A stretch of DNA of 29,525 nucleotides from an uncultured Verrucomicrobiales bacterium (GCA_938091905.1 CALKOM010000082.1:1-29525); one strand, 5' to 3'; numbered from the stretch's first letter, positions 18,355 to 28,420 are shown. Made by a program: numbers and translations. The notes: generated from the sequence alone by a model not told the origin.

Positions 18355-20175
18355 ATGTCAGAAGACACTAGCAAGCCTAATAAAGAGAAGCAGACCTCCC
18401 TCCTACGCGGAGCCTGGGAGCTCCTGAGTTGTCTCACCCCGTACAACCGCTACTTCATCCCTGCATTGGTCGCTCTCTGTGCGACAACGTTTCTCGTGCT
18501 TCTCTTCCCCAGACTCATGGGAGAACTGGTGGGCGGCTCCATGATGAACAGCGGCGCAGGCGAAGACATCAATGTCGATGAAGTGCTCAGTAGTCGCAAC
18601 AAAGTGGCCATCACCCTCGCAGTCGTTCTCTGCGTCCAAGCCGTCGTTGCCTATTTCCGGATCAACTGGTTTGCCAAGGCCGGCGAGAGCGCTCTAGCAG
18701 ACCTACGCAAGCGCGTATACAGCCGCCTGGTCCGTCTTCCCATGACCTACTTTGGCGAGCATCGCATCGGCGAACTCTCGAGCAGATTGGCAGCGGATCT
18801 GAGCCTTATTCGTGACACGCTAGTCACGACTACCCCTCAAATGCTACGCCAACTACTCACGTTATTAGGGTGCTTGGTCATGATCTTTATCACGTCACTC
18901 AAACTCAGCCTCTTTATGCTCGCCTGTCTGCCGGTCGTTATCATCGCCACGGCACTGGTAGGCCGAAAGATCCGCGGCCAGTCCAAGCTCGCTCAAGATC
19001 AAATGGCTGAAAGCAATGTGATCGTGGAAGAGACCCTGCAGAGCATTGTCGATGTGAAGGCGTTTCATAATGAGAACCATGAGATTGGTCGCTATCACAA
19101 CACGATCGACAAGTTTCTCGGCACCGCTCTTCGCACCGCCAAAGCCAAGGCGACTTTCGTCAGCTTCATCATCTTCGTCATGTTCGGCGTCATCACCCTC
19201 GTCGTGTGGTATGGAGCCGGCTTGCTAGCGGTCCCTCCCACAGAAGGTGGTCTAACATCTGCCCAGTTTTTTCAATTCATTCTCTACACCGTCTTTCTCA
19301 GCGGCGCCCTTGGATCCCTGCCTGAGGCAGTCAGCCAAGTGCAGAAAGCCGTCGGCGCGACCGAACGCGTCCGCGAGATTCTGGGCGAACAAGCTGAACC
19401 TGTCGTCATGCCCAGCGAAATGCCCGGGGGACGCCTGAAGGGAGATGTCGTCATGGACAACGTCGGCTTCGCTTACCCAAGTCGAGCCGATCACCCTGTC
19501 CTTCAAGGGCTATCGTTTCAATGTCAGCCGGGCCAACGGATCGCGATCGTCGGCCCCAGCGGGGCAGGTAAGTCTACTGTCATCGCACTGCTGCTTCGCC
19601 TCTACGAGCAAAGCAGCGGAAGCGTTTGCTTCGACGGCAAGGAAGCAGTCACTTATCCCCTCCCCTACCTCCGTAGCCAGATGGCCATGGTTCCTCAAGA
19701 AGTCCTTCTTTTTGGCGGCTCTATCAAAGAGAACATCGCCTATGGCCGCATCGGCGCCAGCGATGAGGAGATCATCGCTGCGGCTCAACAAGCCAATGCC
19801 CACACATTCATCGAAGGCTTTCCAGATGGCTATGAAACCTTGGTCGGTGATCGCGGTGTGAAACTATCCGGCGGCCAGCGCCAGCGTGTCGCTATCGCTC
19901 GTGCCATTCTCGCCGACCCGGCCATTCTCATCTTGGATGAAGCAACCAGCTCCCTCGATTCCGAAAGCGAACATCAGGTTCAGCAAGCACTCGATTCCCT
20001 CATGAAGGGACGCACGTCGATCATCATCGCTCATCGTCTTTCCACCATCCGCCAAGCGGATCAGATCTTCGTCCTCAAGGACGGCCAGGTCGTCGAACAC
20101 GGAGACCACAGCGCCCTCGCAGAGAAACCCGGCGGCGTTTACGCCATGCTCTCGAAGCTCCAGTTCACCGAGTAA
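18355..20175 (+). CDS. ABC exporter, fused permease/ATPase (MsbA/ABCB-like)
   Basis: TM domain plus GPSGAGKS, LSGGQRQR, LILDEATS and IAHRLST. Confidence 0.97.
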   Translation: MSEDTSKPNKEKQTSLLRGAWELLSCLTPYNRYFIPALVALCATTFLVLLFPRLMGELVGGSMMNSGAGEDINVDEVLSSRNKVAITLAVVLCVQAVVAYFRINWFAKAGESALADLRKRVYSRLVRLPMTYFGEHRIGELSSRLAADLSLIRDTLVTTTPQMLRQLLTLLGCLVMIFITSLKLSLFMLACLPVVIIATALVGRKIRGQSKLAQDQMAESNVIVEETLQSIVDVKAFHNENHEIGRYHNTIDKFLGTALRTAKAKATFVSFIIFVMFGVITLVVWYGAGLLAVPPTEGGLTSAQFFQFILYTVFLSGALGSLPEAVSQVQKAVGATERVREILGEQAEPVVMPSEMPGGRLKGDVVMDNVGFAYPSRADHPVLQGLSFQCQPGQRIAIVGPSGAGKSTVIALLLRLYEQSSGSVCFDGKEAVTYPLPYLRSQMAMVPQEVLLFGGSIKENIAYGRIGASDEEIIAAAQQANAHTFIEGFPDGYETLVGDRGVKLSGGQRQRVAIARAILADPAILILDEATSSLDSESEHQVQQALDSLMKGRTSIIIAHRLSTIRQADQIFVLKDGQVVEHGDHSALAEKPGGVYAMLSKLQFTE

Positions 20176-20189
20176 CCTGTCGACATCAC

Positions 20190-21518
20190 ATGGCCAGGAA
20201 ACGCGGCTTTCGCCTCCTCAAGATCGCTGGCATCTTGCTAGGCTTGGCCTTGGTCGGCCTCGTGGTCGCCAAACTCGTCGAGGAAGCCCGAGGTAAGAAT
20301 GCTTGGGACGCCTACCTATCAGAACAGCAAGCGCAGGGTAATAAAATCCTCTGGAATGACTTCATTCCACCTGAGGTTCCCAACGAAGAAAACGTTACCA
20401 CCTATCCCGGTCTCGATCTAAAGGCCCTCAACGCCCTTGATCCGGCCGCTTGGCCAAATCAGCGTGCCGATTCCCCGCCTCAACCAGGGTGGAAGTTCGC
20501 GCAGCCTTATTCGTTACTCGAAGATTTCGAGCACGGTGCCGCTTCCAGCGAAGAAGACGCCGCTCAACAACTCATCGATCACTTTGCCCAACACACCAAT
20601 CTGTTAGACACGCTTCGATCAGCCACCAAGCGTTCATCCTGTCGCTTCGATCTCAACTACGCCAATCCGCAGCTAATGGACCTCCCTCTGCAAGAGATCC
20701 AGCATGCTTTCCGCACGCTCAATACACTCGCGCTTGCCCATCTTCGGCTCAAGCAACCCGCCGAAGCCCACGCCAATATCCTCTCTTCCATACGCCTGAT
20801 TCGACACCTCGATTCCACCCCCTCGCTCATCGTTGCCATCGTTCAGACCAGCCAAATGGATCGCACGCTCCAAGCCGTGTGGGCTGGGCTACGCGACCAC
20901 CTGTGGACGGCTCCACAACTTCAATCAATTGCGGAGCATCTTGAAGCCTGGCATCCCTCGACCCGTTTGATAACAAGCCTGCAACAAGATCGTGCCGCGA
21001 TGTTCACCATCATGGATCATCAGAGTCAGACCAGCCAGCACGTGCTCTTTCGCGGCTGGGCCTATCAAAACATGGTCAGCTTCGGCAAATTGCTTGATCG
21101 CTATGTGTTCGCGCCTTCTGGAAAACGGTCGGACTCCCTAGATTATGAGCGCACTCTCGCTCTCGAATCCGATGTCCAGGTTCGCCGGACGAGAATCTTT
21201 GGGCGCTACCCACACCCATACGACCTCTTCACCGTCATCGCTCTCCCATCACTTCCCAAGATCACCAGTCATGTCCTTCAGTTAGACGCTAGCCTCTCCC
21301 TCGCACTGAAGGCTATCGAACTCGAAACGCTCTACCAAGCCAACAAAACTTACCCTATAGATTTCGAGACCTCGGCGCAGCTCCTCTACCGCCTCAAATC
21401 AGACGGCACTCCTCAACTATACGTTCTGGGCCTAAACAACGAAGATGACGGCGGAATCCCTGACAAAGATCGCACAAAAGGTGATTGGGTCTGGCAATTC
21501 ACACCAACAAATCACTAA
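20190..21518 (+). CDS. Membrane-anchored helical hypothetical protein
   Basis: 442-aa ORF, basic N-terminus plus TM helix, C-terminal LYVLGLNNEDDGG...DWVW motif; 14 bp downstream of the ABC gene. Confidence 0.85.
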   Translation: MARKRGFRLLKIAGILLGLALVGLVVAKLVEEARGKNAWDAYLSEQQAQGNKILWNDFIPPEVPNEENVTTYPGLDLKALNALDPAAWPNQRADSPPQPGWKFAQPYSLLEDFEHGAASSEEDAAQQLIDHFAQHTNLLDTLRSATKRSSCRFDLNYANPQLMDLPLQEIQHAFRTLNTLALAHLRLKQPAEAHANILSSIRLIRHLDSTPSLIVAIVQTSQMDRTLQAVWAGLRDHLWTAPQLQSIAEHLEAWHPSTRLITSLQQDRAAMFTIMDHQSQTSQHVLFRGWAYQNMVSFGKLLDRYVFAPSGKRSDSLDYERTLALESDVQVRRTRIFGRYPHPYDLFTVIALPSLPKITSHVLQLDASLSLALKAIELETLYQANKTYPIDFETSAQLLYRLKSDGTPQLYVLGLNNEDDGGIPDKDRTKGDWVWQFTPTNH

Positions 21519-21527
21519 CCCTCAAGG

Positions 21528-21547
21528 AAAGGCGCTTTCCAAGCGCC
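21528..21547 (-). terminator. Putative intrinsic terminator between convergent genes
   Basis: Stem GGCGCTT/AAGCGCC (21531-21547) followed by TTTCCTT on the minus strand. Confidence 0.5.
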
Positions 21548-21565
21548 CCACACCTGCGGCCAAAT

Positions 21566-23803
21566 CTAGCGCACCCGCAGAAACAACATTTCCCCGTTAC
21601 CACTCATCATTGGCACCGAAGCACTCTCCCAGCCCCCGGTCCCATGCAACACACTCGACACCACCCACTGCTTGAGATCAGAGGACCGTTCGAGTGAATA
21701 GGCTGCTCCTGCCGCCCCGCGCCACTCAACCCGGAGCGTGTTATCCACGCCAAGACCTACCGCACCAATTTCGGCCCGGGCATGGGCAATGTCAGCCTCA
21801 CCCTCAATCGTGACTTCCAGCGTCGCTTGGCCTAACGTCGCCAAACCCGATCTCGGTACCCCCAGGTTCACGATCACCTTCTCGTCAGGTTCAGCCAAAT
21901 CATCAGCCAACACTCGCAACACCACCAATCCTCCTGTCGTCCCCGCCGGAATCAACACCTCCCCGTTCACCTCAACATCATCTGCAGCGCCCGTAGCACT
22001 AACAGGCACCGTTAAAGATCGAAATAGATCCCCACCTGTAGCAACCACCGGCAATACAACGACATCTCCTTCCCTCACCGTCAACGTCGACGCTTCAAAT
22101 CCTACGCGAACAGTCGACGCAGGATCCCGAGGATCTGTCCGCTGCATAAACTCAGCCACATTCGTAAGACCATCATCGTCGGCATCTCCCAGCGGCTCCG
22201 GGTCTTCGCCTCCGAAGTGAGCCGTCACCCAACGATTCGGCAATCCATCCGACGTCCCATTCGGGCTCGTGTCGGACTGAAAAGACAAGACCCTCACACT
22301 GAACAGCGGTGAAGCATGCGTCCCATCGTCGAAGCGCAGCCTTGTCCAATCATAGAACCCATTGCTATCGAGAGGATCGATGAAATCCGTATCAAAGAAT
22401 GCCGATGCCGTGAAACCTAACCGGTTTCCTACTAACGAGAACGAGCCATGCTCCATGGTCGTCGGCGACACCAAGGATAGATTCAACGCCTCACTCAAGG
22501 TATCTCGATCAGCCCCCACCACTTCAATTTCGTTCACTTGAGGTTGTGACGAAGCCCACCCATTAGGCAAAGTCACCACATCTAGAAAGCCATCCAAGCC
22601 TCGCGGTGGTAGATTATCCAGAGGAAAGGATTTCTGAACGGTCTCCACATCCCACCCGCGCAGGCTAGCCCCGCGCCCATCACGGTGCGCCCGAAAGTAC
22701 ATCAGGGCATCGAGTTTCTCAGCATCCGCTTCATCAGCCGATTCACTGGAATGCGCCAGGCCCAATGCGTGCCCCAATTCATGACACAACACTTCCTCAA
22801 AGGTTACCAGATCACTCATTGCCGCCTTGGTGTGGTCCAGGACAACATAGCCACTCTGCACACGATGATACTCCGCGCTATAGACACGCCCACCGCTTCC
22901 ACCATTCGGCAAGCCGCCATTTGTTGCAGAAGCCCCTCCTAGCCCAAGCGTCGATTCGTTCTGGATCCTATCATAAAGGTCATGCAATTGAATCCGCACT
23001 TCTTGCTCACTGCTAGTGGCATCTGCGGCGGTCTGCCCAAAGGAAACGATTTCCTTGCGAACAAACGAAATACCGATAACGGCCTCCCAAGCAGCCCACG
23101 CCCGATCGATCGCAGCAAGAGCCTCCTCACGAGTCACCCCATTTGGCAGCGCATCCATGTCCACTACATAAGGCATCGGCTCACCGAGATCAGCACGCGT
23201 GAACCGGATCGGCCGCGCCGGCTGACCTGATGGGATACGAAACTCGTTCAGTCCTGAGCCGGTCACCGAAGCAAACTCCTGACGAAACGAGGCCACCTCC
23301 GCCGCTGCACTCGCTAGCGGAAACTGACCTCGAGGAAACAGCCCACCCGTCTCACCGTTGACCAGCTTTCGAAACCGACGCACACAAAGCGCCGCCTCAA
23401 AATCGAGGGTCTCATCATCATCGCATCTTAGCCACCGCACACTCCGCCCACCAAGGCACAGCTGCGCGTCGTCTAGATCGCCCTCACGCACACACAAAAG
23501 ATAGCGGTGCGACATCTCAAAGTCAGGCGCATCGCCCTCCCACTCCACATGATCTTGGGCCGTCCCTCCTCGATGCGCCACCACCACCTGCGACACAAAG
23601 GTCCCTTTCAGCACTTCGTCCACCTCGAAGAGCCAACGCGTCCACAATCGCCCACCTCGCTCCACGACTTCACCCCCCACCAGCTTCCCCACAAACACAC
23701 CCTCAGCCTCGCGAACCTCACCCTGATCCGATACTGGAAGATACGAAGCTCCACGCAGCAAACCCGCAGTAAAAGCAAATATCAGAAATACAAAGCATCG
23801 CAC
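21566..23803 (-). CDS. Secreted metzincin (matrixin/M10-like) metalloprotease, multidomain
   Basis: Signal peptide, HELGHALGLAH zinc motif, Met-turn (DALMY), DADDDGLTN..E...TDP Ca-type motif, Calx-beta-like segment (ADDLAEPDEKV). Confidence 0.92.
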   Translation of the reverse strand: MRCFVFLIFAFTAGLLRGASYLPVSDQGEVREAEGVFVGKLVGGEVVERGGRLWTRWLFEVDEVLKGTFVSQVVVAHRGGTAQDHVEWEGDAPDFEMSHRYLLCVREGDLDDAQLCLGGRSVRWLRCDDDETLDFEAALCVRRFRKLVNGETGGLFPRGQFPLASAAAEVASFRQEFASVTGSGLNEFRIPSGQPARPIRFTRADLGEPMPYVVDMDALPNGVTREEALAAIDRAWAAWEAVIGISFVRKEIVSFGQTAADATSSEQEVRIQLHDLYDRIQNESTLGLGGASATNGGLPNGGSGGRVYSAEYHRVQSGYVVLDHTKAAMSDLVTFEEVLCHELGHALGLAHSSESADEADAEKLDALMYFRAHRDGRGASLRGWDVETVQKSFPLDNLPPRGLDGFLDVVTLPNGWASSQPQVNEIEVVGADRDTLSEALNLSLVSPTTMEHGSFSLVGNRLGFTASAFFDTDFIDPLDSNGFYDWTRLRFDDGTHASPLFSVRVLSFQSDTSPNGTSDGLPNRWVTAHFGGEDPEPLGDADDDGLTNVAEFMQRTDPRDPASTVRVGFEASTLTVREGDVVVLPVVATGGDLFRSLTVPVSATGAADDVEVNGEVLIPAGTTGGLVVLRVLADDLAEPDEKVIVNLGVPRSGLATLGQATLEVTIEGEADIAHARAEIGAVGLGVDNTLRVEWRGAAGAAYSLERSSDLKQWVVSSVLHGTGGWESASVPMMSGNGEMLFLRVR

Positions 23804-23843
23804 CCCACAACCTACGTCACGGTCGCCGCCTCTCCATCATAAA

Positions 23844-25196
23844 TCATCCATCCTCCGTCATAAATCGCCTCTGCGGATTGTCTGCCCAAAAGCTCCCGAT
23901 CAATAATGAGAACGGAACCAATCCCGCCATCCAAATGATCGGTTCATAGCTTCCCGTCAGACGAAGAGACAAACTGAACACTAGCGGCCCAACGCCACTA
24001 GCCACCACCATGCTCGCCATCCCCAGTCCACTGATAGCCCCCAACCACTGCCGCCCATAGAAACGTGGCCACACGATCCCTGACAGAGCAACAAAGAATC
24101 CTCCCCCTATCCCATTGCCAAGGATGAAGGCCGCAACGCCCAAAGGGGAATCGAGATACACCAACCCTACCACACCTATCAACGAACCCACATTCATCGC
24201 TGCCAAGTGCAACTTCAAGCGCGTTCGCGGACTCAACCAGCCGCACAACAAATTCGTGGCCACGCTCACAAAGGACATCGGCACGAAATAGCCAAACACC
24301 TGGCTCCGCTCCCGTCCCGCCTCTGCCCCGATCGATTCAATGTGAAACGTAAACGAGGTCGAATGAAACGAAATGAAGACGAACGACAGATTAAACATCC
24401 AGAACGCCCACGTCCGCACAGCTTCGCCCCGCGTGAAATCATGATGCATCACAGAGTCCGCATGCGCCTTACCTCGTTTGGCTAGCGAAACATCCCCATC
24501 CATCTTCATCCCGCACTCTTCAGGATTATCCCTTACAAATAGCCAAGCCACTCCCACCATCACCGTCAACGTGAGCCCACCTAGCATCAGCCACGCGCCA
24601 TCCCACCCCAACCACGCCACCAACAAATCGAGTCCGCGCGGCGCGGCAGAAAAAGCAAAGGCCGTCACCACGCCACTCAGAGACAACGCAACGCCACGGC
24701 GATAGTCGAACCACTTTCCAATCGCATTTCGACTCGTCAACGTCAGCACCCCCTGAGCCGATGCCCGGATCAAATAGAACCCAACCAAGATCACTCCAAA
24801 GGCAATCGCCGTGGCCGACACCCAATCCCCCACCCACGTCTTCAGCAAATCTAACACTCGTCGAACCTGACTGAGATAAAGGAGCACCGTCCCCGTTGCC
24901 AAAGCCGCATACACCAGCATGCGTCGAGCCCCGACGCGATCAAACATTCTCCCTAGACAAGGCAGCGTAAACCCACTCAGCACCGTCCCCACGCAATACG
25001 CCAGGCTCAGCTCCACTCGCGTCAATCCCAGCTCACGCATCAGGATATCCGTAAACACACTAAACCCCATCGTCTGCCCCGGAATGCTAAAGATGATCCC
25101 AACGGTCGCCACCACCACGATCACCCACCCGTAGAAGAATGGCCACGTTGCTGGATCAAACGGTACCTTTGGAGACCACAAACGTTTGTCCGACAT
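23844..25196 (-). CDS. MFS transporter
   Basis: About 12 hydrophobic segments, motif A-like GRMFDRVGAR, FFYGWVIV, KWFDYRRG and RFYGR. Confidence 0.94.
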   Translation of the reverse strand: MSDKRLWSPKVPFDPATWPFFYGWVIVVVATVGIIFSIPGQTMGFSVFTDILMRELGLTRVELSLAYCVGTVLSGFTLPCLGRMFDRVGARRMLVYAALATGTVLLYLSQVRRVLDLLKTWVGDWVSATAIAFGVILVGFYLIRASAQGVLTLTSRNAIGKWFDYRRGVALSLSGVVTAFAFSAAPRGLDLLVAWLGWDGAWLMLGGLTLTVMVGVAWLFVRDNPEECGMKMDGDVSLAKRGKAHADSVMHHDFTRGEAVRTWAFWMFNLSFVFISFHSTSFTFHIESIGAEAGRERSQVFGYFVPMSFVSVATNLLCGWLSPRTRLKLHLAAMNVGSLIGVVGLVYLDSPLGVAAFILGNGIGGGFFVALSGIVWPRFYGRQWLGAISGLGMASMVVASGVGPLVFSLSLRLTGSYEPIIWMAGLVPFSLLIGSFWADNPQRRFMTEDG

Positions 25197-25257
25197 CTCG
25201 GATCATAGTTGCACCCCGGTCCAACCCAAATCATAAATCAGCCACCTCAGTTTCCCC

Positions 25258-26205
25258 ATGCCCACTACCGAACCACTCCAAGGCTGGACCCCGATCACGC
25301 CACGCGCCCTCTTTCTCCTTACCGGAGCCGACCGCGTCCGCTACCTCAACGGGCAGATCACTCAGCAAGTCGACCACCTCCCCAAGGGAGAAGCGCGCTA
25401 CGCCGTCATCACAAATCACAAGGGCCAGCTTGAAGCCGACCTCTACTTCGCCCATCATCCTGAGAAAGATGGCATCCTCATCGATGCCCACATCGATCTT
25501 CGCGAATCCCTTTTCACGCGTCTCGATCGCTACATCATCGCCGACGACGCCGAGCTCACCGACATCACCGATGATTGGCAGGTCGCCCATCTGCTAGACA
25601 AAGAAGCCGCCACGGAAATCGAGAACGTCTCTTTTCAGACCCAAAGCACCCGATTCGGCCAACCAGGTATTGACCTCTGGAGCCCTCAAAGCCACGACTT
25701 CGAAGAGCTCTTTCAAACACACCAAATCAACCAACTCCCTCCTCAAGTTCTCGAGAACCATCGGATCACTCAAGGCATCCCGCAGTGGAATCACGAACTC
25801 ACCTCAGGACTCCTCCCTCCAGAAGCGAGGATAGAAGCCCGCGCCATCGACTACCAGAAAGGCTGCTACATCGGTCAGGAAATCATCTCCCGCATCAAAA
25901 GCGTCGGCAAAGTCAACCGCCGCCTCGTCCTCCTTCAGCTTGATCGCAGTAACTCAGAAACACCCGTCCCTAGCCCGCTCTGGCTTGCCTCGGGAGAGCA
26001 ACCAGGATCAAAAGCCATTGGCACGCTCACCAGCATCACCAAGCCGGCAGGTTCCCAGCCTCACGACGCAGAAGTGCTTGCCCTCGGTTACCTCAAAAGC
26101 CAACATGCCGAAGCCGGAATCCAAGTCCTCGCAGCCCCCGTCATTGACGCTCCAAGCGCCACTCGGCTCACCGTCCTCCCCTTCCCAGATCTCACCAAAA
26201 GCTAG
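25258..26205 (+). CDS. ygfZ: YgfZ/GcvT-like folate-binding protein
   Basis: Signature KGCYIGQE; LTGADRVRYLNGQIT. Confidence 0.93.
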   Translation: MPTTEPLQGWTPITPRALFLLTGADRVRYLNGQITQQVDHLPKGEARYAVITNHKGQLEADLYFAHHPEKDGILIDAHIDLRESLFTRLDRYIIADDAELTDITDDWQVAHLLDKEAATEIENVSFQTQSTRFGQPGIDLWSPQSHDFEELFQTHQINQLPPQVLENHRITQGIPQWNHELTSGLLPPEARIEARAIDYQKGCYIGQEIISRIKSVGKVNRRLVLLQLDRSNSETPVPSPLWLASGEQPGSKAIGTLTSITKPAGSQPHDAEVLALGYLKSQHAEAGIQVLAAPVIDAPSATRLTVLPFPDLTKS

Positions 26206-26243
26206 CTAGCCCAGAACGTCTCAGCCGCGCACGTCATCAATCC

Positions 26244-27056
26244 ATGCGAACTCTCGCCAAACTTTCATCCCTTGCCGGCCTTGCTGCCATCATCTCGCTC
26301 ACCAGCAGCGTCCTCACCAGCTGCAGCACCATGCGCAAAGTGGAAGGCATGATTCCAGAAGTCCCGGAAATCATCCTCATAGGAAAGAAGGAGACCTACG
26401 AGGACAGCCCGCTCATCCCTGATCTCAAAAACGACGTCGCCATCTTCAAGCTCGACGTCCTCGGCCAAACCCGCCGCCTCGCTATCCAGCTTTATCCTGC
26501 CGACGCCCCGCTCACCGTCGCCAACTTTCAAGAGAACATCCGTCAAAACACCTACGACGGCATGGCCATCCACCGAGTCATCCCCAACTACCTCGTCCAG
26601 ATGGGCGATCCGCAATCCAAAGACCCACGCACCCGCGCCGGATGGGGTACCGGAGGACTCGAAACCACCCTCCCCTCGGAAATTAAACGGCGTCACCGCC
26701 TGGGCTCCGTGGGCATGGCTCGCCTCAGTGACGCCTCCAACCCCACTCGCAAATCCAGCGGCAGCCAGTTCTACATCACGACCGGCGACATGAAGAAATT
26801 CGACGGCAAATACACCGTCTTCGGCCAAGTCGCCCAAGGCTACGACACCCTCCAAACCATCTCGGAACTTCCGGCCGACGAGAACGACAACCCCTACCAA
26901 CGAATCCAGATCAAATCGACCCACCTGGACCGTTCGTCCAGCATCCGCCCTGAGGACATCAACGCCCTCCAACGCAAGACCCGCCGCCGCACAGTCGAAG
27001 AAATGCCCACCCGCCAGGACGGCCTCGTCAAGCGCACCTGGCGCCAACTCTGGTAG
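26244..27056 (+). CDS. Cyclophilin-type peptidyl-prolyl isomerase, probable lipoprotein
   Basis: APLTVANF, YDG..IHRVI..Y.VQMGDP, GSVGMAR, SGSQFYI, DGKYTVFGQV; lipobox-like LTSC. Confidence 0.95.
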   Translation: MRTLAKLSSLAGLAAIISLTSSVLTSCSTMRKVEGMIPEVPEIILIGKKETYEDSPLIPDLKNDVAIFKLDVLGQTRRLAIQLYPADAPLTVANFQENIRQNTYDGMAIHRVIPNYLVQMGDPQSKDPRTRAGWGTGGLETTLPSEIKRRHRLGSVGMARLSDASNPTRKSSGSQFYITTGDMKKFDGKYTVFGQVAQGYDTLQTISELPADENDNPYQRIQIKSTHLDRSSSIRPEDINALQRKTRRRTVEEMPTRQDGLVKRTWRQLW

Positions 27057-27090
27057 GTCAGCAAATCGGGAGAAACCAAACAATTTCCCC

Positions 27091-27119
27091 TTGCCAACCC
27101 CCGCATCTTTCCGTATCGC
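27091..27119 (+). promoter_or_regulatory. Possible sigma70-type promoter for tRNA-Tyr
   Basis: TTGCCA-17 bp-TATCGC; the -10 match is weak. Confidence 0.3.
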
Positions 27120-27162
27120 AACGCTCCGCTAGTCCAACAGCCAGCGGCACAGCAACACAACT

Positions 27163-27244
27163 GGGTAGGTACCGAAGCGGTCAAACGGGGCAGACTGTAA
27201 ATCTGCTGGCTATGCCTTCAGAGGTTCGAATCCTCTCCTGCCCA
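27163..27244 (+). tRNA. tRNA-Tyr(GTA)
   Basis: Full cloverleaf: acceptor GGGTAGG/CCTGCCC, anticodon arm GCAGA-CTGTAAA-TCTGC, long variable arm, T arm AGAGG-TTCGAAT-CCTCT. CCA not encoded. Confidence 0.97.
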
Positions 27245-27309
27245 CTCCCTTTACCATCAAGGGGTTACGACGACTTTTATTTGACTCATGTGAGGGCGTA
27301 TTTGTGGAG

Positions 27310-27331
27310 CGGGCCATTTCCGGGCCATTCT
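27310..27331. repeat. Tandem repeat with 11-bp period, putative arm-type sites
   Basis: CGGGCCATT at 27310 and 27321, about 65 bp downstream of tRNA-Tyr. Confidence 0.5.
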
Positions 27332-27493
27332 TGACCTCCTAGATTATAGAATAGGGACAGAAACTGCCGTTGCTCCCACTCGAAAAATCCTGACTCTTGA
27401 AACTCTGACGGTCCACCTTTGCGGGACTGTCCACGGACCAGGCGGCAAAGATCGACATTCGGTCTGCTCGATGTTTCGCCAACGATAATCGAT

Positions 27494-28420
27494 ATGCGGA
27501 CGCCTCCCGTTGCAGTAGTGTCCATGCTTATGACGGTTCAACGGATTCCTCTTCGGGTGGTATTCTGGAATGCGTTGGCGATGGGGGCGGCCGCGATGCT
27601 CTGTGCCCAGAGCAACGGGCAGGCGAGACCAATCGACCGCAAGACGACCGTGCGGGAAGGAGACGGCGACTACGTCATCCTCGTGCACGGGCTCTCCTGG
27701 TTTCGCGACACCCTCAAACCCGCAGAGAAACAACTCAACGCCCTTGGCTACCATACCGTGCATGTGCACTACGCGTCGCGAAAGGCCGACATCGGTGACG
27801 TCGTGGACGAGCGAATTCGCGATGCAATCACAGAACACTGCACGGATTCGAGTCGAAAGATCCATTTCGTCGGTCACTCGATGGGCGGCATCATGATCCG
27901 AAAATACCTCAAGTCCTACGAAACCTTGAACCTCGGCAAGGTAGTCCTGATGGCAACCCCAAACCAGGGGACCGAACTCGCTGAGACTCTGAAGAGATCG
28001 ATCACGCCCATCCGCAAGGTGTTCGGTAAGGCGGTAGAGGAACTCGGCACGACGAGCAACAGCCTACCAAACGCCCTCGGCGCACCCGACTTCGAACCCG
28101 GCATCATCATGGGATCGCGCAGCGCCTTCCCTTTCCTCTCACCGCTCGTGCCTGGAACGGACGATGGGGTCGTCGCCGTCGAGGCCGGAAAGGTAGAGAG
28201 GATGGGCGACTTCATAGTCACGCCAACGAACCATTGCAATATCGCTAGAGAGGAAGAAGTGCTTCGCCAGATCGCGTTCTTTCTCGTCCACGGGACCTTC
28301 GACCAATTGCCTGCGAAGTGGCGGGAGGCATCCAGCCGGAATACTCCTGTACTTGGTAGAACCCCCATCGCCCGAACCAAACGGCGGTTCAGGTTCCGCT
28401 CAGGCAAGGGCGCGCGATAG
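27494..28420 (+). CDS. Secreted alpha/beta hydrolase (lipase/esterase-like)
   Basis: VILVHGL, nucleophile elbow GHSMGG, ATPNQGT, DDGVV and catalytic His candidate in TNH. Start uncertain (27494, 27524 or 27530). Confidence 0.9.
   Translation: MRTPPVAVVSMLMTVQRIPLRVVFWNALAMGAAAMLCAQSNGQARPIDRKTTVREGDGDYVILVHGLSWFRDTLKPAEKQLNALGYHTVHVHYASRKADIGDVVDERIRDAITEHCTDSSRKIHFVGHSMGGIMIRKYLKSYETLNLGKVVLMATPNQGTELAETLKRSITPIRKVFGKAVEELGTTSNSLPNALGAPDFEPGIIMGSRSAFPFLSPLVPGTDDGVVAVEAGKVERMGDFIVTPTNHCNIAREEEVLRQIAFFLVHGTFDQLPAKWREASSRNTPVLGRTPIARTKRRFRFRSGKGAR

Noticed and set aside
26265..27083. 272-aa antisense ORF over the cyclophilin
   Set aside because: Shadow ORF caused by the strong C-ending codon bias; no motifs.
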